Under the pieces are notes generated by a model. The model did not search any database. It worked only from the letters and a program-made list of their open reading frames with translations, and had not been told where the DNA came from. A DNA stretch of 64,000 nt from an uncultured Eubacteriales bacterium (GTDB lineage Bacteria; Bacillota; Clostridia; Oscillospirales; Acutalibacteraceae): NCBI GenBank assembly GCA_964370115.1, contig CAYJIA010000002.1, positions 9,361-73,360 on the forward strand, in the 5' to 3' direction. The translations under genes were made by a program, and so were the position numbers. This document shows, piece after piece, positions 27,516 to 37,341 of this stretch; the first letter of the stretch is position 1, and every line of letters starts with the position of its first letter.

Positions 27516-28688
27516 TTAAATCCTTGCTACGCCACTGTCTTTTGCAGCCCTTGCAACTTCTTTTGCAACTTCCATAGAGACAGTCTTGTCCAAGGCACTT
27601 GGAATTATATACTCCTCGTTTAATTCATCTGCTTTAACATAGTTTGCAATCGCATGAGCCGCCGCTATTTTCATCTCGTCGTTTATGTCGCTTGCCCTTA
27701 CATCAAATGCACCTCTGAATATTCCAGGGAATACAAGCACGTTGTTTATTTGATTGTTAAAGTCTGAGCGCCCTGTGCCGACTACTCTTGCCCCACCTTT
27801 TTTCGCCTCGTCTGGGAAAATCTCAGGAGTTGGGTTTGCCATTGCAAAAACGATGGCGTCGTCGGCCATGGTGGATACCATTTCGGCAGTAACTATATTA
27901 GGTGCAGAAACTCCGACAAATACATCCGCATTTTTCATCGCATCGGCAAGTGTTCCTGTCATGTTGTCTTTATTAGTAAACTCGGTCATGTCCTTTTGAG
28001 CAAAAGTCATACCCTCGGCATTTTTATGTAAAATTCCGATTTTATCACAAAGAGTGATGTTTTTTACGCCATAGCTTAAAAGAAGTTTTGCTATGGCAAT
28101 ACCAGCAGCACCTGCGCCGTTTATTACCATTTTAATGTCTTCTTTGTTTTTGTTTACTATTTTAAGTGCATTAATAAGAGCCGACAAAACAACTACAGCT
28201 GTTCCGTGTTGGTCGTCGTGAAAAACAGGTATGTCCAAGTTTTTCTTGATAATCTCTTCGATTTCAAAGCATTTTGGTGCGGCAATGTCCTCTAAATTTA
28301 TACCGCCGAATGAACCTGCTATAAGCTCTATAGTCTTTGCCACTTCTTCTGTGTCTTTTGATGATATACAAATAGGAAACGCGTCCACATCGCCAAAGGC
28401 TTTAAACAAGGCGCATTTGCCCTCCATAACAGGCATAGACGCCTCAGGGCCTATGTCGCCAAGACCTAAAACCGCAGTACCATTTGTGATAACCGCAACA
28501 AGGTTTTTACGGCTTGTATATTTATAAGAATTGTTTACGTCCTTGGCAATTTCAAGACAAGGTGCCGCAACGCCTGGTGTATAAGCCACCGACAAGTCAT
28601 GTTTGTTTTCTAAAGGACAGGTAGTCTCTACTCTAATTTTACCGCCCCATTCTTCGTGTTTTTCAAGTGCAAGTTTATTGTAATCCAT
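27516..28688 (-). CDS. NAD(P)-dependent malic enzyme
   Basis: 390 aa with VFHDDQHGTAVV, dinucleotide fold NGAGAAGIA, and GVAAPC in the N-terminal domain. Confidence 0.9.
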   Translation of the reverse strand: MDYNKLALEKHEEWGGKIRVETTCPLENKHDLSVAYTPGVAAPCLEIAKDVNNSYKYTSRKNLVAVITNGTAVLGLGDIGPEASMPVMEGKCALFKAFGDVDAFPICISSKDTEEVAKTIELIAGSFGGINLEDIAAPKCFEIEEIIKKNLDIPVFHDDQHGTAVVVLSALINALKIVNKNKEDIKMVINGAGAAGIAIAKLLLSYGVKNITLCDKIGILHKNAEGMTFAQKDMTEFTNKDNMTGTLADAMKNADVFVGVSAPNIVTAEMVSTMADDAIVFAMANPTPEIFPDEAKKGGARVVGTGRSDFNNQINNVLVFPGIFRGAFDVRASDINDEMKIAAAHAIANYVKADELNEEYIIPSALDKTVSMEVAKEVARAAKDSGVARI

Positions 28689-28859
28689 AACATTAACTCC
28701 TTTTTTGACATAATAATATATTCTATATTATAGCATATATTATTAAAATTTACACTATAATATTTTATAGCAATTTGTGACAAAATAAGAATAAATATGT
28801 TTTACTTGACAAAATGTCCTCATTTAACATACAATTACGTAAAAGCTTGAGAAAGTTTA

Positions 28860-29720
28860 ATGAAAAATAAAGGGGTAATGAATATGACACAAGCGGTAAA
28901 TCGCGACGGTAAGCGATTTAAAGATGCGTCACAAGGCGTGGCGTTTTTCACATCAAACAAACTAAAAGTAATTGCGGTTTTAACAATGGTGGCGGACCAC
29001 TTTGTAGATGGAATTTTTCCTCCTGACTTAAGCATGGGACCTCCGGCTTGGTGGTGGATGGCGGTTAAATGCCTAGGAAGACTTTCAATTGCGCTGATGT
29101 GCTTTTTTATAGCAGAGGGTTTTCACTACACCTCTAACAAATGGAAGTATCTTTCAAGAATGGCAATTTTTGCGATAATTTCACACGCACCTTATAACCT
29201 ACTTTTTAGTAGGGTAGACGCACCGATTTTGTCAGTATTAAACCCACTAAACGGGACAAGCGTTATCTGGGCACTCACAATGGGACTTTTAGCGCTCATG
29301 ATAGTAAAAAGTGAAGCTATAAAAAATAATGTTTTAGGCATACTTTTAAAAGTAATAGGAGTTGGAGTTTGCTGCGCCCTAGCATATACAGCAAACTGGA
29401 ACTATATAGCAGTACTTTGGATAGTAGGATTTGGAATTTTTAGAGGAAATGTAAAACTACAAACTTTATCATTTATCATAATAGGTACAGGAATTTACGT
29501 CGCACCTATGCTACTTGATTTTTACCAAGGTGACATAAGTTACCTAAAATGGTTCTTCTTTGGAATATACGCCGCAATACCTTTCTACTTCTTATACAGT
29601 GGCAAAAGAGGAAAAAAATCAAAAGCAGTAACTTGGTCGTTCTATATCGTATATCCAGGGCATCTACTGCTGTTCTACGCGATAAAAGCACTGGACTTTT
29701 ATGGGATAATAAATATTTGA
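28860..29720 (+). CDS. TraX-family membrane protein
   Basis: Polytopic membrane protein with the TraX-type N-terminus KVIAVLTMVADHF. The likely start is ATG 28884 behind AAGGGG. Confidence 0.7.
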   Translation: MKNKGVMNMTQAVNRDGKRFKDASQGVAFFTSNKLKVIAVLTMVADHFVDGIFPPDLSMGPPAWWWMAVKCLGRLSIALMCFFIAEGFHYTSNKWKYLSRMAIFAIISHAPYNLLFSRVDAPILSVLNPLNGTSVIWALTMGLLALMIVKSEAIKNNVLGILLKVIGVGVCCALAYTANWNYIAVLWIVGFGIFRGNVKLQTLSFIIIGTGIYVAPMLLDFYQGDISYLKWFFFGIYAAIPFYFLYSGKRGKKSKAVTWSFYIVYPGHLLLFYAIKALDFYGIINI

Positions 29721-29841
29721 GTAATTTATAATTGAGAATGTAGAATGAATAATTGTGGTGAAAATCCTTCGGATTTTTTTATTTAAAACACGCTGTAGGC
29801 GTGAACCTTAATTCTCAATTCTACATTCTCAATTCTCAATT
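29721..29841 (+). repeat. composite AT-armed repeat, best-preserved copy (perfect 17-bp terminal inverted repeat)
   Basis: AATTGAGAATGTAGAAT (29730-29746) is the exact reverse complement of ATTCTACATTCTCAATT (29818-29834). Between them lie GTGG-TGAAAATCC-ttc-GGATTTTTTT (29755-29780) and CACGC-tgtag-GCGTGAACC (29789-29807). Confidence 0.85.
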
Positions 29842-29872
29842 AAAAAAGAGGAGGGCATCGCCCTCCTCTTTT
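29842..29872. terminator. bidirectional intrinsic terminator
   Basis: AAAAAAGAGGAGGGC-atc-GCCCTCCTCTTTT. Confidence 0.8.
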
Positions 29873-30065
29873 ACCCTATTAACCTCAAATTCGTTTCTTT
29901 TGATTCAATATACATGTCCTCGCATTTTCTTTGACTTTCAATAAGTCTAATTGCCGCAGTGCAAGAGTTTACGGTTGCGTCGGCATGGCTTGATTTTGTC
30001 AGCAAATCAATTGCCGCCTCCGCTGCTATAAACATTTCCATATACATTTTTTTGTAGTTTGCCAT
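29871..30065 (-). CDS. small hypothetical protein (64 aa)
   Basis: ORF behind AAAGGAGA with a helical sequence (MANYKKMYMEMFIAAEAAIDLL...). Resembles small conserved clostridial ORFs of unknown function. Confidence 0.5.
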   Translation of the reverse strand: MANYKKMYMEMFIAAEAAIDLLTKSSHADATVNSCTAAIRLIESQRKCEDMYIESKETNLRLIG

Positions 30066-30235
30066 TTCTTTGTCTCCTTTTAATTTTGAGTGGGTGCTAA
30101 ATTTATATTATCATGTTTCAAAGCAAATATACCCGCCTTTGCCCATTTAATTTAATCAAAACATGTAATAAACAAATGAATTTTGATAGAAAATGTCGAT
30201 AAAATAAAAAAATAAAAATTTTTTTATAAAAACAG

Positions 30236-30264
30236 TTGACAAATTATTAAATCCATACTATAAT
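30236..30264 (+). promoter_or_regulatory. sigma-A-type promoter of the tRNA pair
   Basis: TTGACA (30236-30241), 17 nt, TATAAT (30259-30264), about 38 nt upstream of tRNA-Met. Confidence 0.8.
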
Positions 30265-30302
30265 GTCTAAGTCGCGGTGGTAAATAACACGACACTTTAT
30301 AT

Positions 30303-30379
30303 GGCGGCATAGCTCAGCTGGCTAGAGCATTCGGTTCATACCCGGAGTGTCGATGGTTCAAGTCCATTTGCCGCTACCA
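30303..30379 (+). tRNA. tRNA-Met (CAU), elongator type
   Basis: 77 nt, GGCGGCATAGCTCAGCTGGCTAGAGC...GGTTCATACCC...GGTTCAAGTCC...GCCGCTACCA. Cloverleaf with anticodon CAT and an encoded CCA. The G1-U72 pair argues against an initiator. A lysidine-modified Ile2 tRNA cannot be excluded. Confidence 0.85.
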
Positions 30380-30384
30380 TACAA

Positions 30385-30459
30385 GGCCCGTTGGTCAAGC
30401 GGTTAAGACACCGCCCTTTCACGGCGGTAACACGAGTTCGATTCTCGTACGGGTCACCA
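30385..30459 (+). tRNA. tRNA-Glu (UUC)
   Basis: 75 nt, GGCCCGTTGGTCAAGCGGTTAAGACACCGCCCTTTCACGGCGG...GTTCGATTCTCGTACGGGTCACCA. Anticodon TTC, encoded CCA. Confidence 0.92.
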
Positions 30460-30465
30460 CACATT

Positions 30466-30503
30466 AAAGCAACTTCTGATTATTTGAAGTTGCTTTAATT
30501 TTT
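30466..30503 (+). terminator. intrinsic terminator after the tRNAs
   Basis: AAAGCAACTTC-tgattattt-GAAGTTGCTTT, followed by AATTTTT. Confidence 0.75.
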
Positions 30504-30673
30504 GAATTTAAAGCAAACTTCATAAAATGTTGTATTTAAAAGTATTATACATCTTCAAAGTGTTTTATATTGTATTATACAACTTATTGTTGTTTGACAT
30601 CATTATACAGCGGTAAACCACAATATTTTGTTGTAATTTGTCGACTGAAAATAAATTTTTTAAGGAGCACGTT

Positions 30674-31168
30674 ATGAAGAAAATTTTAATGGCTTTAGTG
30701 TGCATGATAGCACTACTTTTCACAGCTTGTACATCGACTGGAAACACAGCGACAGAGCTTACTTATGATAAGGATAACGACGACGTAGTGGCAGAAGATT
30801 TTGACAACAATCTTGACGGCCTTGCAGATTACCTAGAGGAAAAAACACTAATAGGCGGTGAGGCGTTTGAAATGTCATACGACTTTATTTCTGCGATAGG
30901 CGGAGAAAAATACTTCTTTGTGTCCGAAGGTATTACAATGTCTTGTGAATTATACGAATACGACCTAGAAAATATGGACGACAAGGCAAATGAAGTAATA
31001 AATTCGATAAAAGAAAACGGATACTTCATGTCACTGGATACACAAGTAGAGGCAATACTAAGCGATAACGGAAAATACGTAATGGTTCTAGGCGGAGAAG
31101 TAGAAAACGACGCAGTAAAAGAGCAAACAGAAGATTTAAAAGAAAGCTTTAACGAGTTTTATAAATAA
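30674..31168 (+). CDS. lipoprotein, unknown function
   Basis: Start moved to ATG 30674 behind AAGGAG. Signal peptide MKKILMALVCMIALLFTAC with a lipobox. Acidic mature part. Confidence 0.75.
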   Translation: MKKILMALVCMIALLFTACTSTGNTATELTYDKDNDDVVAEDFDNNLDGLADYLEEKTLIGGEAFEMSYDFISAIGGEKYFFVSEGITMSCELYEYDLENMDDKANEVINSIKENGYFMSLDTQVEAILSDNGKYVMVLGGEVENDAVKEQTEDLKESFNEFYK

Positions 31169-31199
31169 AAAAAAATCCACCCTTGGGTGGATTTTTTTT
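31167..31199. terminator. bidirectional intrinsic terminator
   Basis: AAAAAAAAATCCACCC-tt-GGGTGGATTTTTTTT. Confidence 0.8.
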
Positions 31200-31200
31200 G

Positions 31201-31318
31201 AAGTAATAAGTAAAAGTTAATAAGTGTAGTTCACGCCTACGGCGTGTTTTAATCGAAAAAATCCGAAGGATTTTCACCATAATTATTAATTATTAATTAT
31301 TCATTATTAATTAATTCT
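31201..31318 (-). repeat. composite AT-armed repeat (minus orientation) supplying the DUF1015 gene stop
   Basis: The minus strand reads ctt gag aat TAA (gene end), then ttaataatgaataattaataattaataatt-ATGG-TGAAAATCC-ttc-GGATTTTTTC-gattaaaa-CACGCC-gta-GGCGTGAAC-tacacttattaacttttacttattac. Confidence 0.8.
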
Positions 31319-32597
31319 CAAGCCCATTCATAACCATTCCTGTAATTACCTTTGGATAGAAGTATGTTGATTTTTGTGGCATTTTTTCGCCTTTGGCGGC
31401 TACCATTGCTATTTCCTCTACCCTTGTTGGGTTCATGATTACTGCGCATTGTACAGTTTTATTTTTTACACTCTCTACTGCTTCGTCAAATGAACGTGTA
31501 TAGGTGAGGTTTACTTGATTTGCCATGTTCTCCTTGTCTATGCCTAAGACTCTTTCGAGTACTAGGTTATGTAGAATAGACACGTCTAGGTTTTTGTATG
31601 CTTCGCTTTTGTCTGGCAAGATGTCGTTCATTACAGATATGTCTTTTAGCACCATCAAAATATATTTATCCTCGCCTGTGTAAAATACATAGGCTTTTTT
31701 GTCGTCATTATAAAGCTTTTCTAGTTCGTCGTTTGCGGTGCTTATGTCGTCTTTATAAGAAATGTCAAAATACTTTTCGCAGTCTTTTACAAGTTTTTCC
31801 ATAGAGAAATTTTCTAAATCTCTTAAAAGTCTATGGGTTGGAAAAACTACCAAGCCCTCGTTTTCCATGTCGCATAAAAGCATCATCACATAGTCGGAGC
31901 CTTTTAGATAAATATTGTTTTCTTCGCAGTATTTTTTGTAGTTAAGAGCGGTTTCGTATCTGTGGTGGCCGTCTGCTATATAGATTTTTCTGCCAACAAA
32001 ATCCTCGCAGATAGAAGATATAGAAAGCTCGTCGTTTACAAGCCATAGCTTGTGGTTTACCAGCCCGTCAAAGTATTCATATCTGGGTTTTTGTATCTTT
32101 GTGTGGTTTTCTAGTTTTTTTAGTGTGACCTGCTCTTTGTCTGAATAAAGAGAATAAATTTGGCTGAAATTGCAGTTAGTCGCCTGCATAAGGTTAAACC
32201 TGTCGGTTTTTGCCTTGGACAAAGTTTCTTCATGTGGCAAAACGATACCGCTTGAAAACTCCTCTAGCTTCACCCTGCAAATAAGTCCTTTAAGGCTTTT
32301 GTCCTCGCCATGGCTTGCCTTTGACTTAAATTCTTGCTCGTAAATATAAATAGCTTCACTCATGTCGTGGGTCAAAATATCGTTTTCTATCCAATCGTTT
32401 AAAGTCTTTTGCGCATCTTCATAGGCGTTTTCACCCTTTGGAAGCTCAAGCCTTATAACATTGTACTCGTTGGTTTTTAAAAAGTTAAGCCTTTGCTCCT
32501 CGCTTATTATGTCGTAAGGAGGACAGCAAAGCTCTCCTATCTTACCTGCCTTTTCCAAATTATACCTAAGCGCCTTAAATCCCTTAATTTCTGCCAT
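31311..32597 (-). CDS. DUF1015-family protein
   Basis: 428 aa. N-terminus MAEIKGFKALRYN...PPYDIISEEQR and the central ADGHHRYETAL are characteristic of DUF1015. Confidence 0.8.
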   Translation of the reverse strand: MAEIKGFKALRYNLEKAGKIGELCCPPYDIISEEQRLNFLKTNEYNVIRLELPKGENAYEDAQKTLNDWIENDILTHDMSEAIYIYEQEFKSKASHGEDKSLKGLICRVKLEEFSSGIVLPHEETLSKAKTDRFNLMQATNCNFSQIYSLYSDKEQVTLKKLENHTKIQKPRYEYFDGLVNHKLWLVNDELSISSICEDFVGRKIYIADGHHRYETALNYKKYCEENNIYLKGSDYVMMLLCDMENEGLVVFPTHRLLRDLENFSMEKLVKDCEKYFDISYKDDISTANDELEKLYNDDKKAYVFYTGEDKYILMVLKDISVMNDILPDKSEAYKNLDVSILHNLVLERVLGIDKENMANQVNLTYTRSFDEAVESVKNKTVQCAVIMNPTRVEEIAMVAAKGEKMPQKSTYFYPKVITGMVMNGLEN

Positions 32598-32618
32598 AGT
32601 TATATCCTCCCTTTTAAT

Positions 32619-33686
32619 TTAACAAATTGTTCCTCCGCCTAAAACCGTGTCGCCGTCATATAAAACGACCGCTTGTCCTGGGCTTATCGCCCTTTGAGGT
32701 TCGTCAAACACAAGCTCTATCTCGTCCTTGCCGTTTGTGTACACCGTACATGGTTGCTCGGTGTGGCGATACCTTATCTTTGCACATGCCCTAAGCTCTT
32801 TTGGCGGGGTTTCAAAGGCTATCCAGTTGAATTTTTCTGCCTTTAAATCTTTTCTAAACAGTTCTTCGTCACTTACAAGTATTACCTTGTTGTCCTCTAC
32901 AGATTTTTCACCCACATACAAAGGAGATTTTAAAGAAAGCCCAAGGCCTTTTCTTTGTCCTATGGTATAGTGTATTATGCCTTTATGCTTGCCTAGTATA
33001 TTATTGTCCTTGTCCACAAAATCTCCCGTAGGATAAACTCTGCCCGAATAGTCTTTAATGGTTTTTGCATAGTCGCCGTCGGGTGCAAAACAAATGTCTT
33101 GGCTGTCTTTTTTGTTGGCATTTATAAAGTCTTGCTCATTTGCAATCTCTCTTGTAGCTGTCTTTTTCATAGTGCCAAGTGGGAACAAAGTCCTAGAAAG
33201 CTGTTCTTGCGACAGAGTGTGAAGCACATAGCTTTGGTCTTTTGTGGGGTCGTCTGCTTTCTTTAAAAGATATCTGCCATTTTCAAATTCCACTTTAGCG
33301 TAGTGACCTGTTACCACGTAATCATACCCTAATTCTTTCGCCCTGTAAAGTAGTTTTTCAAATTTTAAAAATCTATTGCACTGAATACATGGGTTTGGGG
33401 TGTATCCTTTTTCATACGCCTCTATAAAATAATTTATAACAAGCTCTTCAAACTCGCCCGTAAAATTATATAAGTGATGCTCAATGCCAAGCTTAGAGCA
33501 AACTTTTTTTGCGTCTTCTATATCGTCAGCAGTACAGCAGGAATTTTCTTTCTGCAAGCTTTCGTCCTTGTTGTTGTGTAGTTTTAGGGTGATGCCCATA
33601 CAGTCATACCCTTTTTGCACCATAAGATACGCGGCGACACTGCTGTCTACTCCGCCACTCATGGCAATTAATGCTTTTTTGCTCAT
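32619..33686 (-). CDS. mnmA: tRNA 2-thiouridine(34) synthase
   Basis: PP-loop AMSGGVDSSVAA and conserved Cys (NPCIQCN, DICF). Confidence 0.93.
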   Translation of the reverse strand: MSKKALIAMSGGVDSSVAAYLMVQKGYDCMGITLKLHNNKDESLQKENSCCTADDIEDAKKVCSKLGIEHHLYNFTGEFEELVINYFIEAYEKGYTPNPCIQCNRFLKFEKLLYRAKELGYDYVVTGHYAKVEFENGRYLLKKADDPTKDQSYVLHTLSQEQLSRTLFPLGTMKKTATREIANEQDFINANKKDSQDICFAPDGDYAKTIKDYSGRVYPTGDFVDKDNNILGKHKGIIHYTIGQRKGLGLSLKSPLYVGEKSVEDNKVILVSDEELFRKDLKAEKFNWIAFETPPKELRACAKIRYRHTEQPCTVYTNGKDEIELVFDEPQRAISPGQAVVLYDGDTVLGGGTIC

Positions 33687-33786
33687 AGCCTTAATCTCCT
33701 TGTTATATTTTTAACATCATTCTAACATATTTTTCACCATAGGTAAATGAAAAATCTTAATTAAACATTGAATTTTTTTAGAAAAA

Positions 33787-35190
33787 GTGGTAAAATTTGA
33801 AAGAATAAAAAAGAATGGAGTAACTACTTTTAAAATGCCAGAAAAAATTAAATCAGCACAAAAACTTGGTGAGGCAAAAATGCTTCCCTTGATTTTGACA
33901 ATGTCACTGCCCGTTATGTTCTCAATGATGGTACAAGCCCTTTATAACATAGTGGACAGTTATTTCGTGTCACAGTACAGCACAGAGGCGCTGGCGGCGG
34001 TGTCGCTTGCCTTTCCTATTCAGAACTTAATAATTGCCTTTGCTGTGGGCACGGCAGTGGGCGTGGGCTCGCTAATTTCAAGAAAACTTGGCGAGGGAGA
34101 CGTAAAATACGCACAAAAGGTCGCAACACACGGACTACTACTAAGTGTTTTAAGCTGGGTATTGTTCTTAGTATTTAGCCTAGTTGCCTGTGAAGCGTTC
34201 TTTAGACTTTATGAAAGCAACGAAAATATAATATCAATGGGTACGTCGTATCTATCCATAGTAACAATGTTTTCTTTCGGTTCGTTCATACAAATTTCCT
34301 TTGAAAAAATCCTACAGTCAACAGGAAATATGATGGTGCCGACATTAATTCAGCTTTTAGGCGCAGGTATAAACATAGCACTTGACCCTGTATTTATTTT
34401 CGGCTACTTCGGTGTTCCTGCAATGGGTGCAACCGGTGCGGCAATCGCAACAGTTGTCGGACAAATTATCGCAGGTATCACGGTTATGATAGTTGTGTTT
34501 GTTAAAAAAGACGGTTTAAAACTAGACTTTAAAAACTTTAAACCGAGCGGAAAAATTATAAAAGACATCTATGCCGTAGGCATACCTTCAATCATCATGC
34601 AGGCAATAGGAACAGTTATGACCATGGCGTTAAACTTCATACTTGCAGGTTTTTCGGCGGCTGCATACACAGTTTGCGGTATACTTATTAAACTGCAATC
34701 CTTTGTGTTTATGCCAATTTTTGGACTTTCAAGCGGACTTATGCCGATATTCGGTTATAACTTTGGCGCAAAAAATAGAAAAAGACTCATGTCTTGTCTA
34801 AAAATCGGCTGTGTAATTGCACTGATAATTAACATAAGCGGAACACTTGCCTTTATGATTTTTCCAGTACAGCTATTAAATATTTTCAACCCTACACCTG
34901 AAATAATTGAAATAGGTGTGCCGGCGATGAGGATTTTCTCTAGCGGATTTTTCCTTGCCGCCTTGGGTATAACAATATCCACGCTGTTCCAAGCAATGGG
35001 AAAAGGTGTATACAGCCTATTTAACTCGGTGTTAAGACAACTTGTAGTACTGGTTCCAATGGCCTATGTTTTATCACATATAAGTGTGTTTGCACTGTGG
35101 TTTGCATTCCCAATCAGCGAAGTGGTATGTATGATATACATTTTCATAATGTTTGCAAGGCTATATCATAAACAAATAAAACATTTATAA
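33787..35190 (+). CDS. MATE-family efflux transporter
   Basis: 467 aa, 12 TM, MATE N-terminal consensus. The true start may be a downstream ATG (33835). Confidence 0.85.
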   Translation: MVKFERIKKNGVTTFKMPEKIKSAQKLGEAKMLPLILTMSLPVMFSMMVQALYNIVDSYFVSQYSTEALAAVSLAFPIQNLIIAFAVGTAVGVGSLISRKLGEGDVKYAQKVATHGLLLSVLSWVLFLVFSLVACEAFFRLYESNENIISMGTSYLSIVTMFSFGSFIQISFEKILQSTGNMMVPTLIQLLGAGINIALDPVFIFGYFGVPAMGATGAAIATVVGQIIAGITVMIVVFVKKDGLKLDFKNFKPSGKIIKDIYAVGIPSIIMQAIGTVMTMALNFILAGFSAAAYTVCGILIKLQSFVFMPIFGLSSGLMPIFGYNFGAKNRKRLMSCLKIGCVIALIINISGTLAFMIFPVQLLNIFNPTPEIIEIGVPAMRIFSSGFFLAALGITISTLFQAMGKGVYSLFNSVLRQLVVLVPMAYVLSHISVFALWFAFPISEVVCMIYIFIMFARLYHKQIKHL

Positions 35191-35207
35191 GGTGGAAAAG
35201 CGAAAAA

Positions 35208-36230
35208 ATGAAAGTTTTTTTGAAGAAAAATATTACTGTAGTTATAATGATTGCATTTTTGCTATTGGTGGCACTTCTTTACTTTTTCGTTAAAGGAGAC
35301 GAAAAAGAGGAGCTCACCACTTTTTCCATGGGTTCATATGTAACACAAACCGTGTATGGAAGCAGTGGACAAGAGGCAATGGCTCAGGTAGCAAGTGAAA
35401 TAACAGAGCTTGAAAACAGAATATCGTGGCGGATAGATGGCAGCGACACTTCGCTTATAAACAAAAGTGAAGAACCAATAAGCGTGGAGCAAGACAGCAT
35501 GGATTTAATAAATCTATGTCTTGAAGTATCTAAAAAAACTCAGGGTGCATTTGACATAAGCATAGCACCCTTAAGCCTTTTATGGGACTTTGACAGTTCC
35601 CCCACCACACTGCCAAGCGATGAAGATATCAAAGAAAAACTAGAGCTTGTACATTATGAAAATATAATAGTTCAAAACGATACAGTGCTTCTTAAAGAAA
35701 ACTCACAAATAGACCTAGGAGCAGTTGGTAAAGGCGCCGCCTGTGATACTGCGGTAGCCGTGTATGAAAGCATGGGAATAAACTCGGCGATAATTGCCGT
35801 GGGAGGCAGTATAGGTACCCTTGGTGAAAACCCTGTAAACGGCAAGTGGAATATAGCTATAAGAGATCCATACGGCTCGCAAAATGCTATGGCATCACTG
35901 AGTATAGAAGAGGGATTTGTGTCGACCTCGGGCACATACGAAAAAACTTTCGAGTATGAAGGTAAAAGCTATCACCATATATTAAACCCAAAAACAGGAT
36001 ATCCGTCGGACAGCGACATAATAAGTGTAACGGTAGTGTGTGACAGCGGAGCATTAAGCGACGCGCTGTCTACCGCCTGCCTCGTATTAGGATATGAAGA
36101 AAGTCTTGCCGTTTTAGAAGACTTTAACGCGCAGGCAGTGTTTGTAACAAAAGACCACGAGATTTATATGACAGATGAAATTAAAGGACAGTTTGAGTTA
36201 TTGTCGGAGGATTTTACCGTAAATGGATAA
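35208..36230 (+). CDS. apbE: FAD:protein FMN transferase (ApbE family)
   Basis: 340 aa with an N-terminal TM anchor and ApbE motifs (AFDISIAPL, DLGAVGKGAA, STSGTYEK, HHILNPKTG). Confidence 0.88.
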   Translation: MKVFLKKNITVVIMIAFLLLVALLYFFVKGDEKEELTTFSMGSYVTQTVYGSSGQEAMAQVASEITELENRISWRIDGSDTSLINKSEEPISVEQDSMDLINLCLEVSKKTQGAFDISIAPLSLLWDFDSSPTTLPSDEDIKEKLELVHYENIIVQNDTVLLKENSQIDLGAVGKGAACDTAVAVYESMGINSAIIAVGGSIGTLGENPVNGKWNIAIRDPYGSQNAMASLSIEEGFVSTSGTYEKTFEYEGKSYHHILNPKTGYPSDSDIISVTVVCDSGALSDALSTACLVLGYEESLAVLEDFNAQAVFVTKDHEIYMTDEIKGQFELLSEDFTVNG

Positions 36231-36600
36231 GAGGAAACTTTTTTCAAAAAGAGATTTAATTATAGTGCTAATACTTTTGGGATTTAGCCTTGTTTTATAC
36301 CTTGCATTAAACAGCTCAGAGCAAGGAATGACCTTTACCGTGAAATCACCACAAAATGAAGATTACCATATAAATTTTGACAAGGCACAGGAAGAAAAAA
36401 CGCTGACGATAGACGGCGATTATCCCCTTGAAGTGCATTATAGTGAGGGCGCAGTATGGATAGAAAACGCCACCTGTCCCGACAAAGTATGTGAGCACTC
36501 GGGCAAAATAAGCAAACAAGGACAAAGCATAATATGCATACCAGCAGGAGTGTCGGTCGAAATAGACGGAGAAGACGAGTTTGACGGGAGGACGTATTGA
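36223..36600 (+). CDS. NusG domain II-containing membrane protein
   Basis: 125 aa. TM anchor plus CPDKVCEHSGKISKQGQSIICIPAGVSVEI, the usual signature of this family next to ApbE and Gx transporter genes. Confidence 0.75.
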   Translation: MDKRKLFSKRDLIIVLILLGFSLVLYLALNSSEQGMTFTVKSPQNEDYHINFDKAQEEKTLTIDGDYPLEVHYSEGAVWIENATCPDKVCEHSGKISKQGQSIICIPAGVSVEIDGEDEFDGRTY

Positions 36601-36720
36601 TAATTAATAATTAATAATGAATAATGAATAATTGTAGTGAAAATGCAAAGCATTTTTTAAAATTAATATCACGCCAATGGCGTGAACCTTACTTATTAAC
36701 TATTAATTATTAATTAATAA
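36598..36720 (+). repeat. composite AT-armed repeat starting at the stop codon of the preceding gene
   Basis: TGA-taattaataattaataatgaataatgaataatt-GTAG-TGAAAATGC-aaa-GCATTTTTT-aaaattaatat-CACGCC-aat-GGCGTGAACC-ttacttattaactattaattattaattaataag. Confidence 0.85.
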
Positions 36721-36729
36721 GAAGTTGCT

Positions 36730-37254
36730 ATGAAAAATACAAAAAAACTTACTACTTATGCCTTGCTTGGGGCTATGGCTATTGTTATGTCGGCGGTGGA
36801 GGGCTTAATTCCTCCGCTTCCTATATTGCCACCGGGTGCAAAGGCTGGATTTTCTAATATAATAACAATGTTTGCTGTGGGAAGCATAAGCTTTCCTTGT
36901 GCTCTTTTTATCGTGCTATTAAAGGCAGGATTTGCGCTTTTGACAAGGGGCTTTACAGCATTTTTGATGAGCTTTTTTGGCGGATTAATAAGCCTTGTTA
37001 TCATGTATTTCTTATTTAGAAAAACAAAGGCGTCGATTTTGTTAATAGGCATAGTGTCGGCACTTAGTCACAGCTTGACCCAACTTGCAGTGGCTTTTTT
37101 CATAACCTATGCAGGCGTTATTTTTTATATGCCGTCTATGCTTATATTCTCGGTGTTTTCAGGGCTTGCAATAGGCCTTATTTTAAGGGTTTTGTATCCC
37201 TTGCTCAAAAAAATATTTGAACAAATATGCAAAGGGCATATTGCATATCTTTAA
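36730..37254 (+). CDS. Gx transporter family protein (heptaprenyl diphosphate synthase component I-like)
   Basis: 174 aa, 5 TM. N-terminal ALLGAMAIVMSAVEGLIPPLPILPPGAKAGFSNIITM matches the family consensus. Confidence 0.75.
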   Translation: MKNTKKLTTYALLGAMAIVMSAVEGLIPPLPILPPGAKAGFSNIITMFAVGSISFPCALFIVLLKAGFALLTRGFTAFLMSFFGGLISLVIMYFLFRKTKASILLIGIVSALSHSLTQLAVAFFITYAGVIFYMPSMLIFSVFSGLAIGLILRVLYPLLKKIFEQICKGHIAYL

Positions 37255-37341
37255 GATATTTGTTATGATGATATTTAGAGCAATTTACAAAATATGAAAT
37301 TGGTTTGATATTTATATAAAACTTAGGGAGGATGATTAAAA

